Shown piece after piece: positions 29,724-41,502 of a DNA stretch of 64,000 nt. Source of the DNA: Chrysomallon squamiferum (Eukaryota > Animalia > Mollusca); assembly GCA_012295275.1 (NCBI GenBank), contig CM022672.1, positions 13,082,001 to 13,146,000 on the forward strand, in the 5' to 3' direction. The notes under the pieces were generated by a model. The model was not told the DNA's origin. It searched no databases and worked only from the letters and a program-made list of their open reading frames with translations. The position numbers and the translations under genes are program-made. Each line of letters opens with the position of its first letter. Position 1 is the first letter of the stretch.

Positions 29724-31254
29724 TTATTTTTTTAATAGGCTACATGTAATTTATAAGCTTTAAATTTGAGAAATAAAGTGATAAAATTTCCTGATAATAT
29801 TTCAAAATGTGACATTATTAGAAAGTAAGAAATTCGAATTGTAACTAATTTAATAATTACATACACTATAATAAAATAATTTACGCTATTAAATATAAAA
29901 TATCATTTTTCCGAGAGTTAATTCATGTTAAAACAGCTTATTCGTCGATCATTTACTGCTTCTTTTTTCGAACAGAATTTCAGTTTTATTTTAAACAAAT
30001 TTAGTAACAACAGCAATATATATATATATATATATATATGACAAACATTGACTTTAATAAGTTATTATACTATAAATATAAAATACCCCCCCAAAACAAC
30101 AAAACATACCGTGACGTTTGCAAATAAATATAATCCGTATATAGTCTTGACGTACAAGTAGATTTAGATAAGTAACTAATATAGTGTAACTAATATAGTG
30201 TAATACAATAATCAAACAATTCAAATTTTTTTAAATATGATAAAAAACATTCCTTGGAAATCCTTAACTACACACACACCCACACACACACAAAAGTAAC
30301 TCCACCCATATATAATGAAAATCTGAATTGCGTCATCGTTAATGATATCTATGAATTCTCCAAGAAAGTGTATATCCAAAGAAGAGTACGTGTCTAGGAA
30401 AAGCCCAAGCGGTAATATATTCATAATTTCACTGGTTTCGGACGGCCATGATTTAAAAAGCTGGATGTGTAAACGGCAATGAAACGTTTCGTCAAAATTC
30501 ACGTTGTGTGCGTGTGTGCGTGCGCGCTTGTGTTTATTGTCATATCTTTATGATTTTTGTTATTAAATTTTAATTATTTATTTGTTGTTATTATTATTAA
30601 AGTATGGTAAAATTATTCACAATTTACTCAGAATTTATATCTTTCGAGTATTTTTACAGTCTGTTTGCATGGATGATTACGTAGGTGTTTATCTGTTTCA
30701 CCAAACCTCTGGCCAAGGTTAGGTCATAGGAGATCGTATGAACCAATGGCGTTGAATAATACCATGTTTGAACCACTTCTGTTACCAAATACAGGGGACG
30801 GCTTATTATCGAGGAAAACATTTAAATGAATATCATAACCAATAAACACATTTTAAATTCTCTTTCATTAACTAGACTGATTGATATATGTATAATTTGC
30901 GTTTTTCTTTTTCATTATTATTTAATGCATTAAAACAACTGTAACGACGACAGTAGCAACAATAAAATCGATAAACACTTGTAAAAACATGGTTAGACAG
31001 GCTTTTTTTATTATTATTATTATTAATATATTTATGCATTTGAACCTGAAAAACTTTTGTGATTCTCCATAATCGGATTTTGTATATTTCACAGGACCGG
31101 CCGAATTACAATTTTACTCATAATATGTTGCTACTTCTCTTGTTTCATAATATTAGCTAGCATATTTAACTAACCCACAACAACAATAAAAATGAATGGA
31201 AAATTTAGGTTTATCTTTACGGAGTAACCCGAGCGTTTCCGATTTACAATGAAT

Positions 31255-31324
31255 GGGGTTTTTCCAAGTACAGATGTTTGATTTCTTTGAATCGACAGCG
31301 TGCCGGAGAATTAAATTCGCGGAA
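31255..31324. promoter_or_regulatory. kB-like and GAS-like sites near the STAT 5' end
   Basis: GGGGTTTTTCC (31255-31265), TTCTTTGAA (31283-31291), TTCGCGGAA (31316-31324), followed by a GTGAGT donor at 31327. Confidence 0.4.
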
Positions 31325-31380
31325 GAGTGAGTAATGAAAATTCCTTGATTTTGGGGTTTGTTTTTTTACTCGTTTTGCAG

Positions 31381-31436
31381 AATTAATTCATTACTTTTAA
31401 GTGACAAGACAAGTTTTGGTAATGATGAAAACTCAG
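31381..31436 (+). other. Probable 5' UTR exon of STAT containing a uORF start
   Basis: ttttgcag| ... ATGATGAAAACTCAG|gtaa. Splicing to the acceptor at 32516 gives MMKTQI*, ending 2 nt before the main ATG. Confidence 0.5.
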
Positions 31437-32204
31437 GTAAAACCATTTTTATTCACAAGAAAATACATAGGCAACTGAATATTGTGTCGTAATTATACTT
31501 GGTAATAGTAGCAACATTGAGTTTAGATCACCATTTGAGTATTTCAGTGACATCGAATTCGTAAAAATGGTATGTATGTATGTATGTATGTATGTATTAA
31601 TTATTATTATTATTATTATTATATTGTGCATGTATTTTAACAATAATTATTAAATTTAAATTATAATATCCTTGACTTATTTTTCTTTCAATAAGAATTG
31701 AGGTTTAGTTTAGAAGTTTATTACTGGTTTGAGGTTTTATTGTCATTGCTAGGGATAATAGGTAATACTTTGATGTATGATCAATGCATCAGGAAACTAT
31801 TTTGGCGTGTGATGTACAACTTAAAGGGCAATCTACAGCAAAGAAATTATTTATTCAAAAAGTTATTATCAAAATAATTTGTTTTATTTATGCCATGAAA
31901 AATAATAAAAAAAAAAAAAAAAAAAGGAACAAAAAAAAAGAAGAAAATAATAATTAAAATAAGCGCAAGATCACACAGCAAAATAGAATAATCTCTGGTG
32001 CATTAAATGGCCTCTTTCCATTTCTAGCTAATATTCAACAACTGGTTTGACAAAGGTTATAGAATGAATTTTGCTATCAACATGAATGTTCATATAAACA
32101 GTAAAAAATTAACAAACTGAAAAATGGCAGTGAATTATTTCCTTGTTATCATCAGCAGTATTAAAACACACACAAACATACACCCCACATTTACAACCTA
32201 ATAT

Positions 32205-32560
32205 AGCAGTTAATAGATAAAAGCAAGTGGAAGTTTCAGTTAATATATAATATAACTGTTTCTTAGAATATTTATTGAAATGTTGTTAAACATTGATTCT
32301 TTTAGCAGATGTGAAGATGCCACAGTGAAAGCAAATGAAAATTTTAGTTAATATATAATATAGCTGTTACTTAGAACATTTGTTGAAATGTTGTTAAACA
32401 TTGATTCTTTTAGTAAATATCACAGTTAAAGCAAGTGGATATTTTAATTAATATATAATATATATGTTACCTAGAACACTTGTTGAACTGTTGTTAAACA
32501 TTGATTCTTTTGGCAGATTTGAAGATGTCACAGCTAAAGCAGATGGAGACTTTAATTAAT
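32205..32560 (+). repeat. Three tandem copies (100-108 bp) of the STAT acceptor/start-codon junction
   Basis: Marker CATTGATTCTTTT at 32291, 32399 and 32499. The third copy is the functional acceptor followed by ATGTCACAGCTAAAGCA. Confidence 0.85.
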
Positions 32561-35214
32561 CAGAGTGAACAGAAAAGTGATGTGGTGGCAAAGTTGGCTG
32601 AAATCTACAAAGATTTCCCCCATTTTGTCAGAAAATTGTATGCAGACTTTATTGAAAGCCATCTTAGGTAGGACAGATATTTTCATTCTGTTCTATTTTA
32701 TAAACACCATTTAGTTTTTATGTATAGCATGACCACTAATTCAAATCACTTGTTAAAATTTAAGAAAATTTCAGATTGGCACACTTTTGACTTCTTCTGT
32801 GATACTGAAGACTAATTATAATAGTGTAATGTTAAATGAATACATTTTTTAAAGTGTTTATCTTGTTTCAGTATCTAATATTTTTATGAATGATGCTAGC
32901 TCACCCTAAAAAGTACGATAATAACCTGGAAGTATAAAGAATTTTATACAACCATTTTTGCCTTAAATACATTAGATTACATTACATATGTATTAATAAT
33001 GAAAATTTAATTTAGTTTTTCAGTTATTGTTGTTTGTTCCAAACAAAACAATAGGGTCATTCCGTGTCAAATCACCCAATGGGTTAAACCCGACCGTCTC
33101 AGATTTTTATAAAACTTGGTATACTTGTTGACTGGGATCCCACAGCACCAAATCTGAAATATTAGCCCAATTGGATCAGTGGTGTGGGAGATATGGCCCA
33201 CCGAATTTTGAGATTTTTGGCAAAAATGGGCGTGACCACCAACCTTAGAACCCTCACATCTCAGGAACTACTGGGCCAATCTTCATAAAATTGGTATTGT
33301 TGAAAAGGCAATATGACAAGGATTCCAAATCTGCCATTTTTGTTCAGTTTGGAAAATACTGGAGTACATTGACCTATTGACCTTTGCTATGACCTTGAAA
33401 TTGAACGTGTGGATCACGTGACCTTGAGATGACCTTTATTGAAATTTAATCTCCCACATGTTAACTAAAACATATAAAAGTTTCCTGGGTGTAATGTTTT
33501 TTGTTTAGCCACAATATAGATTTAAAAAATGCACATACATGAAAATAACACCTTTTCAGCCATTAACATCTGATTAACTAAAACGTGACGGTCGGGTTTA
33601 AATTTCTCCTTTTTTGGGGGGGTGATTTGACATGGAATGACGCAATAGCAAAATAAGTAGATGAAAATCAGAATTTCACCAAAAACTATCATTAAATCTT
33701 ATTGACTTTTGGAGCTCAGTTTATTTTTGCCTTTGGCCCACACTTAAGGTTGACCCATTTTATAAATTTGGTTATACCACTTTATAAAATCCTGTATGAG
33801 TATAAAACATATTTATCCCATTGGTAAAGATATCAGTTTGTAAATAATTAGTACTAATAATTAAATAACTTTACAGACATTCTTATTTAATTTGTTATTT
33901 ATTTTCTAAAATAACTGTATTAACTTTATCACAAATAATTAGGTAAAACAGTATCAAAAGTCCATAAAAAAAAAAAAAAAAAAAAAATCCCAAATAAAAA
34001 ACAACAACTCCAAAACATCCATAATATATATTGTCTAAGAAGTATTATTTTTGGAATAATGTATGTATTTTTTATTTATTTTTTATTTTTTGCTATGTTC
34101 TTAAAGGAACACTGAAGCACTTTCAGGACCAATGTTTTTGATAAAGCTACTGGCACTAATTGAAGAAGATATCAAAACATCATCAAAAAAAGTCAAGATC
34201 ACAGTGGGTATCATACAGATAAACTGTTGAATCTCTATCAAGCAAAGCAAAAGTTGCAGGTGAAATTTTTTATTTCTCTCAAAATGTTTTTGATTTACTG
34301 TTAACATCTGATCAACTGTCTAGATTATTTTGATAATATGTTTTCTTTATATGATGGAAGTTAGTCACTGATAATTAATAACAGTTGACAAAGCATTGAC
34401 TTGTGAAAAGGATAAAATAGCAGTGTTCAGATGTTCTGTTACAGTATTATTATTGTTGTTGGGAACATTTCAGCTGAATGTTCATGTTTTCTTTAGCAGA
34501 ATGATCCTGTATAAGAAATATATTTATAAAGTGACCATAAAATAGAAAAATGTTGCTTTTTAAATGGTTTCTAGCAATATCATTTTAACAAAGCATAGGT
34601 AAGTCAATTTCAAAGTACATATAAATTAAAAATCTTGTTACTGTCGTATAAAATGGCAAATGTTTTTTGTTGAAAATTAGAAAATTATTTAAAATATTGG
34701 AATAGCACCTAAATTAATGAGTAGCTGATAGTTACTTGGTTTATGCTTTGTTATTATTCATGTGTTTTTGTTTTTTGAAAAAGAAGAGCATTACAGATGG
34801 TATTTAATATGATGATAAAGTTTATGTTTTCTTTTTTTAATATTCAAAAATATATCATTTGTAAATAAATGTATTAATATAAATGTCATCTGTTGCAGAA
34901 TCATTTAAGATAGTAATAAAAAAAGTTCAAGATTTCTTTTTTAATATTCAGAAGTGTGTAATTTGTAAATAATGGAAATATTTCAGAATTATTTAAGATA
35001 ATGAATAAAGTGGGTTTTTTTTCTCATTCATATATTCAGAAATATAATAAATATACTGATGCTGCTGTCTTGGTGACTTAAATGTTTTGTTTTTTATGCA
35101 GACTTTTCCTAAGGATTCTGTTCTCACTATGATACAGGAATGTCTGAAGAGAGAACAAGAACTTTTAGCTAAATACAAGGTATGTTTGTATTTTTGTATT
35201 TTTTATATTTTATT

Positions 35215-35245
<31 letters not shown>

Positions 35246-35258
35246 TTATTGCTATTGC

Positions 35259-35310
<52 letters not shown>

Positions 35311-37577
35311 TATTTTTTAATTTCAAAATTGTACAAACATTTGAGTTTCATTCCTTTTTGTTTCTTTTTTTCATTATTTCGTTTTCATTTCTTATTAAAA
35401 AATAAGTGATGTCACATTACAGATGTAATTATTGTTGTGCAAAATCATAGGTATAACGTTCTACAAGAAAATGAAAAAACAAAAGTGCAGAATGAATTGT
35501 CATGTCCTCTTTCAGGAAGAAAACCATCATTTATTGAAGAACTTTTTTGAGAATCAATTAAAACAAATTTATTTATACAGAAAATTTAATAATATTTGTT
35601 ATATTATTATTTCATAGCTGAGAGAGCCACAGACTAGGATATTGCCACAAGCTGATGTTTATTGTCAGGACTGCATGGAACAGATAAAGCAGCTTGATTT
35701 GAAATGGAAGGTAAATTTTAAAAAAGAATAATACTTTGGAAATACCGGTATTATTAACACTAATGGTAACCAGTCTATGTTTTTAAATAGTGGCCACAGC
35801 TTAAAGAGTATCTTGAAATATTAGTTGCCTCCCTTAGATATGGTTAGAGCATTAGTTAGAAACAAAATTGGTTGGAAGGACACTAGTCTTGATTATTTGT
35901 CTGATGGTATTCCACTTCACCATTCAGAGTATTTTTTAGTATATTAATCTTTGGCTAATATTATGTTCCAGTCACTACTCTTATCAGTAGGCTATCGGTG
36001 ATCACTGTATATGAGAAGGTGCATATACAAAATTTCTTCCAGTGTTGTGGCAGCTGATTTTTCTCTCATTTATTGTTACCGAATTATATCTGATACATAT
36101 TAATTAAAACTATCAGTTATAAAATATTGCAGTATTAAAGAACAAATATTCTCTAAATTATTTTCAGTTATTCCTTGATTTATTTTTAAGTGATCCGATT
36201 GATACAGAAAAAGCCAAAAGCACAATAAAAAAAAACTGATACTGAGTTGTCAGAAATGTTTATTTGTTTTTCAGATTTTAAAAATTTACTTCAGTTTTTA
36301 TTAATTTTAATATTATTTTTATTATTTATACAAGGAAAAAGAATAAAGAATGTAAATTTTTGATTTCTAATATATTGTTATAGCAATGCTGTGTAGTATA
36401 ATTTTTTGTATTTTAGGAAATAGAAAAACTTTGTGATGCAGCCGAAGACAATTTTAAAGCCATCCATCAGTTGGAATATATGTGTATGTAAAAACAAATA
36501 AATAAGAATAATAATCAAAATTACCTGTTGTTGGCAGCTATTCATTTTATTTTATTTTATTTTATTTTATTTTATTTTATTTTATTTTATTTTATTTTAT
36601 TTTATTTTATTTTATTTTGTTTTGTTTTGTTTTATAATTGATTGATTGATTTACTATATTTATTATATACTTTTTTCAATTAATCTATACATTTATTTAT
36701 ATTGTAAATGGTTTGGTATTGATTTAGTTTAATAAACAGTTATTGTAATGGTAATAATAATATGTCTCCATGTAAGTTTTATATTTTAGCAAATTAAGTC
36801 ATTATTCAGTTCATAAAAATAATTATTATGACAGAATACAGTTGTGAATGAAAGTTTATGTGTGGTATATTGTGACTGAATTCTGTATATATCCATATTT
36901 TGTTTTGGACAACAAGTAATTGTTTATGAGAAAATGCAGCAGTAAAATAATTAGGAAATATTTGGTCACAGCCATTTTACCCTTTACATTCTCAATCTTC
37001 ATGTCACAGCACAAGTATTTGTTCAGAAAACATTAGAGCAGATTGGTTCATCCTGTATGCAGTGCCATCTTATAGCCAGTGTATTCAAACTCTGCTAAAT
37101 TATTTTTAACTGAGGCTGGGCAGCAATAAAAAAAAAAAAAAAAAAAGTACTTCTTGGCAGTTATGTATTTAGATTATAATTTTATCCAGTGTTTCTCAGC
37201 CTTTTGGGGATGGGGGGCATTCCTTACCTCAGTTTCCGAAAGATTTTGATATCTCTCCTTCTTATAAAGGCACTTTTTTGTTGTATTTACCTTTGGTCTA
37301 ACACCCAACAGCTGATGTGTTTTTCCCACTGGGGTGATGTTAAAAGATTCATTCATTCGTTACAAAGAGGAACAATTTTTTTAATTATAATATGTGTTGA
37401 ATGGATTTTAGATCATTTTAGGTGGGTTATTGACATATTTAATGAAGAAGTGAAACTTTAATTTAATATACTTATTTTCAATGGCTGGATTTTCTTGTCA
37501 TTAACATTAATGAGATTTAAGAACATCTGTTCATAATATATTCATATTCAGATTGTCCCCCATATAAGACATATGTA

Positions 37578-37629
<52 letters not shown>

Positions 37630-40600
37630 GTAGATTTTTACACTCTCATAAATATAAAATATAAAATGGCATCTAAAACAACTTTAAATTTTCAGATTAA
37701 GATCTTAATAGAGATGTCTTTTTCAATATATTTCAGATATTATTCAAGAAAATGCATTTTCTGGACAAAATGGCGACAGTACTGAATTGTTAACCAAGTT
37801 CCGTGATCATTTCCAGTTACAAAAAGAGTGTTTTTCTGTGATGATAGAGGTGATTAGAAAAAATAATGAATTGTTTGTTTGTTGTTTTTTTGTTGATGTT
37901 GTTTGTTTGTTGTTGTTTTTTTTGGTTTTTTTTGTATGTTTGGTTTTTGGTTGTTGTTTTTTAATATATAATCCTAAGATTGTTTGATAATATTGTAACT
38001 TTTTTTACAATTTACTTGGGTTTTTCAAAAATTGTATTCTTTTTGGAGAAAGACAATGTAATATTATAAAATTTATTAACAAAACATTAAAAAAAATTCA
38101 TGTGTTTAAATAGAAACTAGGCACATAACATTAGGGATATAAACTTAATATATTTAATACTGAATTTTAATTCTTCTGCTGTGAAGAATTATTTATTATC
38201 TCAGAACAGTATTATGTGGGTTTTTTTTCTTATCGCAGGACATTAAGAAGCAGATTAATGAGTTCCTTCCATGTATGGACAATTTGTTAAGTTCAGTTCT
38301 TGATTTGGTGAAGCAGTGGAAAAATAAGCAGAAACTGGCTTATGTCAAAGCAGCCAAGAAGCCAGCCATTGAAGAATTGAAATCTTGGTGAGTTCTGAAG
38401 CAGTGATAATAATGCAAAAATCTGTTAAGAGATCTGAAACCTAATAAGTTGTAGGAACAACTCTCCTCTTAGTGACCTTCAAGCTATTTCCAACTACTGC
38501 CAAAGCTATAAATTGGTTTATTTATTGCCATGTGTATCTTTTCACAGTTATGTATATGTTTTCTACAGCCATATGTATGCTTTCATAGTCTTGTTTATCC
38601 TTTCATATCCACATATGTCCTTCCATAACTGTGTGTGTCCTTTTGTTGTTTGGATCCTTTGATAACAACATGTGTCCTTTCATAGCCTTGTGTATCCTTT
38701 CATAACCACATGTCCTTTCATAGGTATGTGTATCCTTTCATAGCCATGTGACCTTGGTGATGTTATTTTCTCAAACTACTGTTGACCCTCGATTTCATGA
38801 AGAATTGACCTGGAAAATGCTAAAGTATGGAAAATCCTGAATGTGGACATTAGACCTAAAATGTACAAAAACATTAAACTTTATATGATAAAGTAATATG
38901 ACAATGTAAGAACAATATGCAGACATAAAAATAATGTAAACAAATGACATACAGTATATGTAAATAAAAATATATAGTAGAAAAATGCAGTAGGCTGGGT
39001 AAGGTTTGGTAGATTAGGATGGGTGCAGCTTATTATGAGGGAAAGTGGGTTGAGAGAGAGGGTTGCTGTCTTCATTTAGTGTGGACACAGCATAATTTAA
39101 GAGGTAAGGTTTCAAGTGGATAATGGCAGTAAGTTAAATTTTTGTGATTTTTCAAGATTTGGAAAAGCAAGGTCTTTGATATTCAGGTTCAACAGTATTA
39201 TGATTTTAATCTGAGAAAAAGACTTGTTGTGAGAAACATTTATCTCTTTATACAGTACATAATAATCATTTAATCATTTTGAAATTTTGGTTATGACATC
39301 AAAACATATTTTACAAGACTTGTTATTAAATATAAAACGTAACTTTAATTTTCTTCATTTTTTTGTTTGTTTATTAAGCATCTTTCCAAAGACAGGAAAG
39401 CACATACTGTAGATTGTGATAAGCCAGTAGGAAAACAGCCAGCTGGCTTTTTAAATGAGCATTTGTCCTCATGCTTCTATAAGATTATTTACAGTTGCAA
39501 AAATAAACAACCCAGCAACAACAACAACAAAAACCCTCAAAAACAATTAGTATATTGGCTTTCATTTAAATCTGTTTTATTTTTCAGTTGTTCTGAGTAT
39601 GGAAGATTGATTTTTACTGTGCTTCATAAAATGACGTCAATTTCATTTTATGAGATTCTAAGAATACCTCCTGATCATTCCCCAGGGCCAGTACAGGATC
39701 AGTTTGTGAAGGATGTCAAAGAGAACATGTTACGCCTTACGAACACATTTTTGGAAGGGTAAGATGCAGGATTTGCATATGTGAGTGTGTGAATGGAAGT
39801 GTCTAAGTGAGTGCATGTCTGTCTGTGTTTTGGTTCATGAATGTATGGATGTCTGTGTATGTACGAACACAATATATAGATACATTTTTTAAATTTTATT
39901 TTGCAGGACATTCGTTGTTGTTGAACAACCACCTGAACTTCTTAAGATGCAAGGAACCAAAAATGCTGGAAGTAGTGGTGAATTTTCAGCCACAGTTTGG
40001 TAATTACATGAACCTTTATTTCAAACAAAAAATAATAATAATGCAATGATTTAAAACAAAATTGTGTGAAAACACTTACGAATCTGATGATTTATATTAA
40101 ATACAAAATAAAAATCTTATAATAATAACTATTTCTTTTTAGTTTGTGTACTGGTTATTATTATAAATAAATTAATGTTGATGTGGCTGAGAAATTATAG
40201 GACCATGCTCCAGTTTGATATGTCCCAGAATCAATTATGCCAAGCACATGCAACACACACTTTGCTTCCAGCAGGTTACCCACACCTGTTTTATGTTTTC
40301 ATGTCTATGTGAAGATGCAGATAAAGTAGCCTTTACTTGTAACCAGAGAAGAACATCCCATTATTAGTGGCATTCTAACAACAAGGATGATCCTACATGA
40401 CTATAGATTGAATTTATCTTCCTCTGTAATAGGTTATTTAGTTGTGACTGAATATTTTGTATGTGAAATTATTTATAATTTACTTTTGAGACGTTTTCTT
40501 TCAGTATCCTTGGAGCAGTGAATCTAAACATTGAAAGTCTTTTTTCAAAGGTTGAAGCATCATTTCTTTCGGAAACAGAAATTTTAAAAGGTTTGAACAA

Positions 40601-41462
40601 AACTCATCAGTTGGAAAACAATTCAGCTGATTTACAAAATGCAGAAGCAGTCTTTGAGTTACTAAAAGTTAAAGAATTTTCACGAGAAGACAGCAAAAAT
40701 ACACGCGTCTGGCAAAAGAGATATCGTCTGCTTTTCACTGTCAAACTGACAATTCATGGTGATTTGTCCTTCACTCTGAAGGTAAGAATTTTCACAAAGA
40801 AAACTTTAGCTTTAAAAGCATATTCCTGGATATATCTTCATAATACCCATTAACTGATGTTAAATTTTGGTTTTTCCTTACTAAAAAAATTCATGCTTCA
40901 TCACCTTAACCAGTAAGTGTTTTTATGAACTCTTTTAAAGAATATTTGTTTAATCCAATTAATAACAATGTCAGCAGAATATAACACATTTTCTAGAAGA
41001 CTTAAGATGGTGATACAAAATTACAGAATACAGCCATCTGTATTTTGTTTTCTTTTGAAACAAGAACATACGGGTGGTTTAACCACAAATTATTCAGTCT
41101 AAACAAGAATACATGTTGTTTTTATACAGAAATTGCCTCTAATATTGTTTATGTTTTTGTCTCAGACGATGTCATTGCCCATTGCATCAAACACAGGCAG
41201 CAATCAGGCGTGTTCTGCATTGGCAGCGTTGACTTGGTATTGTTTCAACGTTGATGATGTGGTGAGTTTCTGTTCTGTACACTTTTGACTGGTGGATTCA
41301 TTAAGGTGTGAAAATGTTTGTGTAGGAATAAAAAAAAAGAAATGTCAACATTTTATCTCTCATTTCTGTCCTTCTGTTTCTCACTCCTAAAGCAGTGATT
41401 TAAAAAAATAATTGAAAAATGGACTGTATGTGTCTGAGTGTGTGTATTTCTGTCTATTTTTA

Positions 41463-41502
<40 letters not shown>

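Noticed and set aside
34228-34230. Selenocysteine or readthrough at the in-frame TGA in STAT
   Set aside because: Readthrough would not fix the exon phase; homology continues in another frame.
35182-35409. Poly-Ile/Leu 'membrane' ORFs (also 37573, 44649, 49695, 13037)
   Set aside because: Translations of simple repeats.
35740-36080. GC-richer intronic patch (also 40200-40420) as possible extra exons or LINE/SINE fragments
   Set aside because: No open frame with splice sites and no recognisable family; STAT exons join in frame without them.
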